From Anolis carolinensis (Eukaryota): DNA of 64,000 nt. The position numbers and the translations under genes were made by a program. Numbering within the stretch: the stretch's first letter is position 1; the number at the start of each line of letters is the position of its first letter. Positions 30,209-41,878 of this stretch are shown here, piece by piece. Under the pieces are notes generated by a model. The model ran no database searches. It was not told the DNA's origin and saw only the letters and a program-made list of their open reading frames with translations. The stretch covers positions 22,625,791 to 22,689,790 of the forward strand of contig NW_026943821.1 in the NCBI RefSeq assembly GCF_035594765.1. Reading direction: 5' to 3'.

Positions 30209-33200
30209 ATGGAGGCCTGTGTGATGCTCCTGCTGGTGTTTTCCGTCGCGGCCGCGTCTCCTCAGCGCTACACGCCGGACTGGGAGAGCCTGGACTCGCG
30301 GCCGCTGCCCGGCTGGTTCGACGCGGCGAAGGTGGGCGTCTTCGTGCACTGGGGTGTCTTTTCGGTCCCGGCCTGGGGCTCGGAGTGGTTCTGGTGGCAC
30401 TGGCGGGGCGAGCAGCAGCCTGAGTACGAGCGCTTCATGCAGGCCCGTTTCCCGCCGGGCACCACCTACGCCGACCTCGCGCCCCGCTTCACCGCCCGGG
30501 ACTTCCAGCCCGAGGCCTGGGCCCAGCTCTTCCAAGAGGCCGGCGCCAGGTAGGAAACGGGGCCGGGAGGAATTGGGGTTGTTGGGGTTGTGTGTCTTCC
30601 AGTCATTTCCGGCGGAGGGCGACCCTCAGTCTACATGTGTTTTGGACTTCAGCTCCCACAATTCCTAACAGCCGGGAGGCTGGGTTGCTGTGAGTATTCC
30701 GGTCTGTATGGCCATGTTCTAGAAGCATTCTCTCCTGATGTTTCACCCACATCTGTGGCAGGCATCCTCAGAGGTTGTGAGGTCTGTTGGAAATAGGCAA
30801 GTGGGGTTTATATATCTGTGGAATGTTCAGGGTGGGAGAAAGAACTCTTATCTGAGTTGTGAGTTTTCCGAGCTGTATGGCCATGTTCCAGAAGCATTGT
30901 CTCCTGATGTTTCGCCCACATTTGTGGCAGGCATCATCAGAGGTTGTGAGGTCTGTTGGAAATAGGCAAGTGGGGTTTATATATCTGTGGAATGTTCAGG
31001 GTGGGAGAAAGAACTCTTGTCTGAGTTGTGAGTTTTCCGAGCTGTATGGCCATGTTTCAGAAGCATTCTCTCCTGATGTTTCACCCACATCTGTGGCAGG
31101 CATCCTCAGAGGTTGTGAGGTCTGTTGGAAATAGGCAAGTGGGATTTATATATCTGTGGAATGTTCAGGGTGGGAGAAAGAACTCTTGTCTGAGTTGTGA
31201 GTTTTCCGAGCTGTATGGCCATGTTCCAGAAGTATTCTCTCCTGATGTTTCACCCACATCTGTGGCAGACATCCTCAGAGGTTGTGAGGCCTGTTGGAAA
31301 TAGGCAAATGGGGTTTATATATCTGTGGAATGCTCAGGGTGGGAGAACTCTTGTCTGAGTTGTGAGTTTTCCGAGCTGTATGGCCATGTTCCAGAAGCAT
31401 TCTCTCCTGATGTTTCATCCACATCTGTGGCAGGCATCCTCAGAGGTTGTGAGGTCTGTTGGAAATAGGGAAGTGAGGTTTATATATCTGTGGAATGTTC
31501 AGGGTGGGAGAAAGAACTCTTGTCTGAGTTGTGAGTTTTCCGAGCTGTATGGCCATGTTCCAGAAGCATTCTCTCCTGATGTTTCACCCACATCTATGGC
31601 AGGCATCCTCAGAGGTTGTGAAGATGTCTGAGGCGAGTGTGAATGTTAAGGCAAGAGGTCACTATAACCAGAAATGTAATCTAATAATATAAACTATAAA
31701 ACAGTATTTCTTATATATGCTATTGTCATAGAACATTCATTGTACAAACAAGGGTGATAGAGATTCAAAATATACTAAATTATTCAAAAAACCTGTCTCT
31801 AAAGCAAAATATAATCAATGTGTTACAAACACACATACATTCATAGAAAGCAGAACTCTTATATTCAGGGTTTGTGAGTCCAATGACAACCAGAGTTCAT
31901 GTTCCACACGGAGGACTGTATAAATCACTAATTGTAAGTCCAAATCTATATGTCCAAGTTAGTGAATCCTTTTTTTAAAATCCAATGTTTTAAACAAATC
32001 CAAGAGGTTGTGAAGATGTCTGAGGCGAGTGTGAATGTTGCCACCGACCACCTTGATTAGCATTTAATGGCTTTGCAGATTCAAAGCCTGGCTGCTTCCT
32101 GCTTGGTGGAATCCTTTGTTGGGAAGTGTTAATTGGCCCTGATTGTTTCTTGTCTGGAATTCCTCTGTCTTCTGAGTGTTGTTCTTTATTTACTGGACAC
32201 AGCATATTATTTGAGAGCACAGAAGTGTTGGACCACTCTGACAACCGCCATCTGAAGACTACACAGAAACGCCATTGAAATTCAAAAGCATGCGAACAAT
32301 CTTAACAGAAAGGAAGAAACTATGAAAATGAACAAAATCTTGGCTATCAGTATTAGAAAACTCTAAAATCAGGATAGTAAATAAAAAACAACACTCAGAT
32401 ACATTGAGGCCCAGAATGAGGCCAGTTGGGAAGTCATGTCCCAAGCCGAAACGGACGAGTTTGCCAGCCAGTTTGACGGGGGTGCCGCTTCTCCCACCCA
32501 TTTGCTATCTCTTAAATATGGGTATATTTACGGTGAGTTCTCCTTCCTGACTTTATACTCTCCCTTTGCCTATAGATATGTGGTGCTGACCACAAAGCAT
32601 CACGAAGGCTTCACCAACTGGGGTTCCCCCATGTCCTGGAACTGGAACTCAGTAGATACAGGGCCCCATAGAGACTTGGTGGGAGAACTGGGAGATGCCC
32701 TCCGAAAAAGGTATGAATGTGGGTTCAAAGGTTGAGTCATGGGGCTGTGCTTAGGAGCTTTCTAATCACTTGTGGATCTTTTGTTCTAATCTTTAGGAAC
32801 ATACATTATGGGCTGTATCACTCCCTCTATGAATGGTTTCATCCACTTTATTTGCTGGACAAAAACAATGGATTCAAGAGTCAATTTTTTGTCTCTGAGA
32901 AGACTATGCCAGAGCTTTTTGACCTTGTTTTAAGGTAAGAGCAGAACACCATAAAAAAACCCTAGAATGTTTGAGATACAAAACATATTTACCTATATAC
33001 CTGGATCATGTAAAATATCTTGGGCAAAAAGGGGTCATGAATGAAAAGCTTTTAAGAAGCCCTGCTCTCTCGTCAGAAAAAAACACAAACTCTTCATGTG
33101 CTTGGTTTTAAGGGGGAAGGTTTATTATCTTTAATATTCCTTCACTTTAATATTAGCTAGCAAGATATGTCTAGTCCTTAGAATGTGAAGTTCCCTACCC

Positions 33201-36200
33201 TCCTGAAATTGTCCACTTTGTTTTACAACAGTCTAATCTTGGTGCAGACCAGTCACTAATAGCCCATCTCAACAGAATGAGCAGGAACTAAGACACAATT
33301 GTACTGGTAAATTTTCTGGTTTTGTTAATCTGCATCTAAGGTACAAGCCGGATCTCATCTGGTCTGATGGAGAATGGGAAGCTCCAGATACATACTGGAA
33401 CTCAACTAATTTCCTTGCCTGGCTTTACAACGATAGTCCAGTCAAGGTATCTGAATTTGCTTCAAATTGGGGCAGTTAATGAGTGTTGAAAACCCAGCAA
33501 GTTTTTCCTACTTGTTTGCATTTGAGATTAAGCCTTTAGAGTGCTGCTTTAGATATTTTGGGCTGTGATGGTCTTTGTGGTTCTTCAGAATGTCCAAAAT
33601 GTATGAGTCACCTCTGCGGTGGCACCTACAGGTTTTTCTTGACGTAAGCTGAGCATGTAGCTGACAGTGACAGCACTATACAAACTCCACTTTAAGTATT
33701 GTAAAGAAGCGCAGAAAATAGAAATAGGTGTTACTTGTGACTGCCATCTCCAAACTTGAGAACATAGAAATGGCAAGAGTATCTAACTGCCAGATGGTGC
33801 AGCAATAAGTAATATACTGTGTCTACAGAGGCATTAAGCTCTGGTTTGTTTTGAGCATCAGTGAGGACAGCTCCAAATTCCTTTCTTTCCCTCCTCAAGC
33901 CACAAGTGCCACTTCAACTCTTCTTCTGGATCTGTCTTGGTAGGACACTGTGGTGGTGAATGATCGATGGGGCATCAATTGTTCCTGCCATCACGGAGGC
34001 TACTATAACTGTCAAGACAAATACAAGCCTGGCACGTTGCCCAGCCACAAGTGGGAGATGTGCAGCTCCATTGACAGGAGGTCTTGGGGGTATCGAAGTG
34101 ACATGCAAATCTCTGAGCTTATGGATGAGACCAGCATCATTACGGTGAGCAGTGGGAAAGTTGCAAGTTAATTCTGAAGCAGATTCGAAAGTCTTGTGAG
34201 ACGTCGCTAAAGAGGTTCAGCAATGCAAGAAAGATTTAATTAGGCCTTGGATTTAATAAGAGTATGAAACCAGTTGATGGAGAAAACACTCTAGATATGT
34301 TTGACAAACTGGATATCTGAAGCAAAAGTGTTTTCATTCTCCAGCTTCTAAATGCTTGACAGAGAAGAGGCAAAAAGGTGATCATTCAGTCAAACTGCTG
34401 GATCAGTAAGTTTCTGTTGAGATTCTTACTTCAGTATAAGAACCAAGCTAGAGATCTCAAGCATATAGGTCCTTCCTCTTTTATGATTCTTTTTCAAAAT
34501 GAGTTTTTCTCCTTCTGACTTGGAATCTCTCTGTGATTATGTTTCATTTTGTGCTTCCACTTCAGGAACTTGTGCAAACTGTGAGTTATGGAGGAAACTA
34601 TCTCCTCAACATCGGACCCACAAAGGAAGGGGTGATTGCTCCAGTCTTTCAGGAACGGCTTCTGGCTCTTGGGAAGTGGCTGAGCATTAATGGAGAGGCC
34701 ATTTACGAATCAAAACCATGGAGAGTCCAAAAGGACAATGACAGTGACAGCACTTGGTATGATCAAATGAATCCAAGCTTTTTACTTACATCGTATGCAG
34801 AGCTTACAGAAGCTTTTTTTCAAAGTTAACGTTGTTGTGCTATATTTAAAATATTTTACCTATTCAGAAGGCTTGGAACAGGTAACAGCAACTGAAGCTA
34901 CAAAGTGCTTTCCTGTTTTCCTTTAATTTACCTTTGGTGTCCTCCTGGTGCATTGAATAACAAACCACACACTCACTTACTCAGGAATTCTGGGTATTGT
35001 AGTTCAATATAATAAGATCAAGTCAGTGAATGCTGTAGTTTTTGCTATGAATGGCTTTTTAATCAGTTTTAAGAGTTTTAACTTGATTTTCAATACCATT
35101 GATATTTAATTCTATTTTAATATTTGTATTCATTTAGGTTTTAAATTGTATTGTATTGGTTTTACTGTAAGCCACTTTGAATCTCTTTTTTAGANNNNNN
35201 NNNNNNNNNNNNNNNNNNNNNNNNNNNNNNNNNNNNNNNNNNNNNNNNNNNNNNNNNNNNNNNNNNNNNNNNNNNNNNNNNNNNNNNNNNNNNNNNNNNN
35301 NNNNNNNNNNNNNNNNNNNNNNGTCAGATTGGAGGGGGCCAGTTTATTTTTTAAAAGCTTTAGACCTTTACTTGATTGACTTTTTGAGGTCGAAGGAGAA
35401 GTGGAAGAATTGAGGACCTTTTTACGTTCTTATTTTATTTCATTAATATATATATATCTTCTTCCAATTCAAAAGCTATCTATTAATTGGTGATGTTAAA
35501 AACCAAGAAATGGGGTGAGATAATAGTAATTCTGCATCTCTTAATATCATAGAGAGCAGTTGAAAGGGCAGTCCTTTGCAAGGAAGTGAATGGAAAGTTT
35601 CGTCTAGACTCCTGGATACAAGCAACACTGTTATTGACGTCAGCAGTTGCTGGGAGGGAGGACAGATTGCAATGCAATGTTTGCTTTTTTCAGAGTAAAT
35701 GCAAGACTTGACTTTGAGCCTTTCATCAGCCCTCTTGGCAGGACAGATGAAGTGTGGGAGAAAACCTCAGAGGCCTGTTGTCTCAGCATCACCTCTGGTC
35801 AAATGTGGCAAGGCTTCATGTTGAGCCATGGGTGCTCTGTTCCATTGAAGGATGAACACTTTCAATGGGATAGATCACCCCTCATTCAACCTGAAGCCTT
35901 GCAGATGTTCTATTTTTTAATTATCAAACTGTTCTTCATATTTCACTGCTTCACTTTGTCTTCTCCCAGGTATACTTCAAAGGAAGCAGTAGTCTATGCT
36001 ATCTTCTTGACCTGGCCAGAAAACAATATGTTGACGCTTTCATCCCCTGTCCCATCTGCAAGCACTCAGGTAAGGAGAAATTTGGAAATATTCTGGTTTA
36101 AGATCTGGTGACATTGAGTTGTATTTTGCACCAAGAAATTCAAAACATCTTGCAGCTGTAAAATGTACTTAAATCAGAACGAATTGTGTAATAAGCCCCT

Positions 36201-36825
36201 TTAACAGAAACTCATAACCCCACCCCCCAAACTGACACTGAAGACACAAAAGAAAGACAGCTTCTAACAAACACCTGAAATCCTAAAATTTAGAGTATGG
36301 TGAATCTCATTTTGGAGGTCATTCTATAGGTCATGATGGTAATGCTGGCAATACTGAAAAGCTTGAAATGGCTGAGGCTTTTGTAAAAGGTAGATGCCAA
36401 CATCAGTCTTGCAGGAGTTGCTGATAGATTGGCTCCGGCATAATTGTTAAGAAGGTATTTGTGATTTTTGAGAAGCCAACCCTTTTCCCCCAGATAAGTT
36501 GAAGACTTTAATATTTTTTGTTTCCCTGGAAGATCTATACCTCAGAGGATATTTTTGAAGCTGTGCTTCATTTTGAGCATTGCTTTTGCCCTAACAGGAA
36601 ATAATTTGATACATCAGTTCAGTTACATCTTAATGTTTTCTATAATGCAACAGATCAGCAGCTCTTGTTTTTTATCCCTTGCAGGTGACAATGTTGGGGC
36701 TCTCTGACCCATTGAAATGGCAGGCCTTGCCAGACAAGGGTCTGGAGGTGGCTCTGCCCTTGACCATCCCTTCCCTGCTTCCTCTGCAATGTGGCTGGTC
36801 TCTGAAACTGGTTGGTGTCTCTTGA
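30209..36825 (+). CDS. FUCA1: Tissue alpha-L-fucosidase (GH29), 450 aa, 8 exons
   Basis: Exons 30209-30549, 32576-32710, 32797-32934, 33341-33446, 33944-34144, 34566-34756, 35970-36069, 36685-36825 (1353 nt), all GT-AG. Signal peptide, [31 protein letters not shown] and IWSDG (catalytic nucleophile). Confidence 0.96.
30683..31621 (-). repeat. Tandem array of a 169-bp Penelope pLTR-derived unit (about 5.5 copies), each with a hammerhead ribozyme core
   Basis: Unit starts (TGTGAG) at 30689, 30858, 31027, 31196, 31361, 31530 (spacing 169,169,169,165,169). The minus strand of each reads CCT-CTGAGGA-TGCCTGCCACAGATGTGGGT-GAAA-CATC-AGG. Confidence 0.85.
32003..32405. mobile_element. Penelope-like element remnant with internal inversion; GIY-YIG endonuclease C-terminus
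   Basis: 32003-~32195 is minus-strand 3' sequence. ~32195-32400 on the plus strand translates [42 protein letters not shown], which resembles the end of Penelope GIY-YIG domains. Confidence 0.65.
35195..35322. other. Assembly gap (128 N) in FUCA1 intron 6
   Basis: Run of n characters. Confidence 1.
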
Positions 36826-39800
36826 TGGCAAAGCAGGATGAGAATCAAGGCACTCCCAGAGATGCCACTGTGATTAGTGGCACAAACAGGATTAAGACTT
36901 AAACAAATCATTGTTGAATGAAGCAAAAGCTTTATATGTTAACCGTCCTCTAGTGTTGCGTTTTAATCAGGAAGGATTGAAGAAGCAACTGTCTTCCAAC
37001 ATGATTTAATTTGCCTTGAGCACATTTCCAAACTGCCATAATATATGAACTATTGCTTGTATGGAACGAGAACCATCTCTAGAGATTTCAAGAGAATTCT
37101 CTAGGACTGTTGTGAGACCACCATTGTGGTGCTGTTTATTGCCTTTTTAAAAATCCATCATTCAACTCTGGCTTCCAATCTGCTTTGGTGGAGTTGGGAG
37201 TTTTCTTATTTCTACCTGAGATTGTGAAAGATCCTACAGAGTTTTTGGTCAAGATAAAACAAGAAGCCTGGAAACAGAGTCATTAACAGGTGAATTCCAA
37301 AGGGAAGGGATCACAGAGTCCATTCAGGTTGCTGTTGGCATGCCATCACAGTTTTAGAGCAAATACTCAAATACCAAGCATTTCGTTTTGGAGACTAGAT
37401 GGGAACAAAAAACAACATAGTTCTTGGGAAACATTGAAGTTATGACGTCCAATGCCAGGAGTCTGCCATTGGGCAAGCTTGCTTAGGCAAGTTGAGAGAG
37501 AGCCCAAATGATCAGGATGACTTGTTTGGTAAGGAATGAGACATTTTTATGAGGATTACATCCAATGAAATCTCGACATATTAACAAATGAATGCAAAGT
37601 GTCCAGCTGAGTAGCCTGTAGAGTAGATATCTCTTGGCTTTCTTATGCATTCACACAGTCAAATGAGGTATACTGCCTTGAATGATCCAACATTCATTTT
37701 GTCATAAATAATACTATGTTATTTCTTTAACTTGCACCTTTCATCAAACCTTCTCCAGAGGCATGTCTCCCACAAAATATTTTCCCTATGAATGACTCTT
37801 GTTTCATTTGCCTTTTGTGAATTATTCTTTCATAATGTGAACTGTCCTTTAGATAATCAAACACACAATATGTGTTCTTGCACTTGTACTCTGTCCCTTG
37901 GAATATGTTCTTATAGTTGGACCAGCTATAATTTTTGATATAATTTTTTTCAGTTTTGCTACAGCATCATCTAGTATTGGATTAAAATGCAGGGGACTTG
38001 GCATTCAGTTTTGACACTGCAAGGAGATTATGCACTGGTTATTTGCTTTTCGTGTGGAATGCAGACTGGTGGCCATGAATTATGAAGGAAAGCTTGATCA
38101 GTACAGTTATCCCATCCAGGAATGCTGTAGTGAGAGAAAGTATGCACTTGCTTAAGAATGTTTGGATTGCTACTAAATGGCTGGTTATTCTAGGGCAGGA
38201 AAGGCGAAACAGAAAGGAGAGCCCATGGACAGATTTCGAGAAATAAAATATGACACTGCTGCATGTATGAACATAAATTCATTCAGATTCTTTTCTAAAA
38301 CAGCTTGGTTGAACCAAACTGCAAATTGTCCTTCTCGTATACATTGCTGCTGGATATCAATCGCAGTGCCTTTTTTGTTCACTTTTGTACCTGATTTCAT
38401 GTCACTTGCTTTTTATAAATAAAAACTTGAATCCGAATAAGAACATTGCATTGATTTGTATGCAAGGCACTGCAACCACGAGTCCTGGAAACAGGGCAAA
38501 TGCTGGTGTTGGAGGTGACCTTCAGTTATGAGGACTGGGCTGTCAGATGTAACAGGACTATATGGAAAAGTAGCATCGATCATTGAGGACAATGCCTTTT
38601 GTAAAGTTGCTTCAGAAGAAACACTTTTCAGGAAAAACATTTGCTTAGAAGACTCAAAATGGGCCTCAGTTGTTAGCCCAACGAGTTTCACTTTTTGACT
38701 GGACAAAAGATATGCATGTTGCAGGTATACTTAAATACTTATGTAAGAAGAAGTGTCCTATGTTAGTCTCTAATTTAGATTAAGTAGATCCCCTAAATAC
38801 TATGAAGGCAATAGATTCCATTTGCTTTTGGGACTTAAGCAGGACCAGGGCGGTTTAGTACTTAGAAGGAACACAGTAGGCATGTTATCAGAAAGCCAAT
38901 GGCAGAACACTTCTCTGTACTCCTTGCAAAAAGAAAAACCCTAATAAATTCATGGAGTTGCCATAAATAGACATAAATTGAAGATGCAGAGCTGAGATAG
39001 TGGCACTTTTACTTTCTGGTGGTCCAGTGTAATAAAATTATTTAAAATGTATACAATTACCTTCAGGTTATATGTGTGTAAAGTATCCAACAAATTCTGT
39101 ATTCCAATTTTGGTCCCGTTTCCAAGATACTGAATTATGTAAGTATATGCTAATACAAGTTTTCCAAAATCTGGGGGGGAAATCCCAAACTCTTTTGGGC
39201 CCAGGCTTTTCAAATAAATAATCTGTAGAAATAAATATAATGACCACCATTATTACTGTAAAGTCATATGCCGAACAACCCCAACTGTTTGGAATTGGGA
39301 TTATCACTATCAACTGGGAATTTTTCACTTAGAATTAATATATTTTAACTACAGCCTGGAGCGTTATGATGTCCACTTTCAGGGCCCACCTCCATTCATT
39401 GCAGTCTTTCAATTAGAATTTAAACCTGCCTCCTCTTGCCTTCCCACTGCAGCTGTTTTCAGAAACATCGCTCTCTTTTTTGGATCCGTTCTTAACACGC
39501 GTGGCCTTGATGGTTGGTGCCATGTACAGAGAAGGATGGCGGCCAAGGAACACTGCGGCTCAATCATTAATTGCAAACTGTGCAATAATGTTCAGCATAC
39601 AGCGCCAGAGTCGGAGTGAAATCCCTGCCAGTGAGATCATAGGAAAACACCGCTGATGTCATCAGCCTTTCGACACTCGCCAAGCATTCCATCGTCGTTT
39701 TGAGCATCCCTTTGGCAGGAATCCTTCCTTACATCACATTGGAAGAAGAGCCAGAGCCACGATGCCGAGGTGGCACACCTCTTTTGTTTCATCACGGACC

Positions 39801-40088
39801 TTTCCGATGCAATCAGTGTCTGATGCCAAAAGAAAAGAGACTGGTATCTAGGAGCCAAAATCAATATCTCAATAGTAGAGCCCTGTCCTTCTGTTGATTC
39901 AGGAGCTGGTATAAATGTGCACATGACGCAGCATGATGCTCCTTTTCAACCGATCAAGCGGCACCAGCCCTAAACGCTCCCAAGACTGCAACGCACCGAA
40001 ATGGGGCCTTTACGAAGAGGAAGCCTGATCGGCCAGGTATGTGGCTTTGAAAAAGGGGACACTTTTTAAAAAGGGATACAATAGACCA

Positions 40089-40404
40089 GGAGCCTGCGGT
40101 GGCTCAGTGTGTTAAAGCGCTGAGCTGCTGAACTTGTTGACCAATAGGTCCCAGGTTCAAACCTGGGGAGCGGAGTGAGCGCCCGCTGTTAGCTCCAGCT
40201 TCTGCCAACCTAGCAGTTCAAAAACATACAAATGTGAGTAGATCAATAGGTACTGCTCCGGTGGGAAGGTAACGGCGTTCCATGCAGTCATGCCGGCCAC
40301 ATGACCTTGGAGGTGTCTACAGACAACTCTTCGGCTTAGAAATGGAGATGAGCACCAACCCCCAGAGTCGGACACGAATGGACTTAATGTCAGGGGAAAC
40401 CTCT
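40089..40404 (+). mobile_element. Sauria SINE (left member of an inverted pair)
   Basis: GGAGCCTGCGGTGGCTCAGTGTGTTAAAGCG...GTCAGGGGAAACC. Confidence 0.8.
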
Positions 40405-40440
40405 TCCCACAATAGATCAAGCCACAGTTTTCTGATGTCT

Positions 40441-40767
40441 AGTAAAGGCAAAGGTTTTCCACTGACATTCAGTCCAGTCATGTCCGAATCTGGGGGTTGG
40501 TGCTCATCTCCATTTCTCAGCAGAAGAGCCGGCGTTGTCCATAGACACCTCCAAAGTCATGTGGCTATGGGTATGACTGCATGGAGAGCCGTTACCTTCC
40601 CACCGGAGCAGTACCTATTGATCTACTCACATTTGCATGTTTTCGAACTGCTAGGTTGGCAGAAGCTGGGGCTAACAGTGGGTGCTCACTCCGCTCCCTG
40701 GATTTGAACCTGCGACCTTTCGCTCCACAAGTTCAGCAGCTCAGCGCTTTAACATGCTGCGTCACCA
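40441..40767 (-). mobile_element. Sauria SINE (right member of an inverted pair)
   Basis: Reverse complement of the same consensus, tail-to-tail with 40089-40404. Confidence 0.8.
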
Positions 40768-41779
40768 ATATCTAAAATTAATTCCAACCTTAAGTAAACT
40801 CCTATGGGGAAAAAACTACACTAAATTCAGTGGATTGCTCCAGATAAGTGTGCATAGAACCTAAGTGTGTCTCCATCTGGACATCTGTATGATGTTTAAG
40901 AGATCCTCTCTTATGGGTTGCATCTACACTGCAGAAGGAATGCAGTTTGACCCCACTTTAACTGCCATGGCACAATACAATTGGATCTTGGGAGCTGTAG
41001 TTTGGTGAAGACCAGAACTCTGGCAGAGACGATTAAAGACCTTGTCAAACAACAACTCCTGTGATCAAATAGCATGGACGCATGGCTGTTGAAGTAATAT
41101 TGAAATACATTAATTCTATACATACAAAAAACTCTTCAACTATTAATGTGCATTTAGCCTTTAATTTATTATTATTTATATATTTATTATTTATATATGT
41201 ATGTGTGTGTGTGTATACACACACACACACACATATAATGTCCATGCATTTTTGACTTTGCCTCAAGCCATCACCAATTTATTATTTCAATATTTATATG
41301 TTTGACATACACATATATGGGAGAATATATACATACATACACATACACACACACACATATATAATATATATACAGACGCAAGAACAATAAAATCCCATCA
41401 AAGCATCTCCGCGTAGCATCCAATATAATAACTTCGAACAGCCGAAAAACCATACAAATAAATTAAAGGCTTAATGCATATTAATAGTTGAAGAGTTTTG
41501 TGTGTGTGTGTATATATATATAAAATCAATGACATAGATAAAGAGACAAAAATATCAAAAACATGCACCAAAGACAGATACAACATTGACAGATAGTAGC
41601 AATAGAATGTAAATCAAAACTCATGATTGAGAGGTGTCTAGGTAGGCCTTCTGCCAGAAGAGATGGAATAATAATAATAGGCACAAGTTTCACATTGAGA
41701 TACAACCAAAATTTCTCCTATCTAGTTAGAGACATCTCTGAGACAAGAAGCTTTGTTTGAGTGTGTGTTCCCCTTTAAG

Positions 41780-41878
41780 AAAGGGGAGGGCGAGACGGGA
41801 GGTCCCGCCCAACGGGCAATGTCACGTGACAGGACAAAATGGCTTCTCAGCTGGGCTGAGAAGGAGGAAGAAGCCGCC
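41780..41878 (+). promoter_or_regulatory. HMGCL promoter
   Basis: GC boxes (GGGGAGGGCG, CCCGCCC), perfect palindromic GTCACGTGAC at 41821-41830, YY1-like CAAAATGGC near 41835, Kozak GCCGCCATGG at the start codon. Confidence 0.65.

Noticed and set aside
30683-31621. CRISPR-like regular repeat array
   Set aside because: Eukaryotic locus; units are contiguous near-identical copies with no unique spacers or cas genes. The same applies to the 60-bp and 125-bp arrays.
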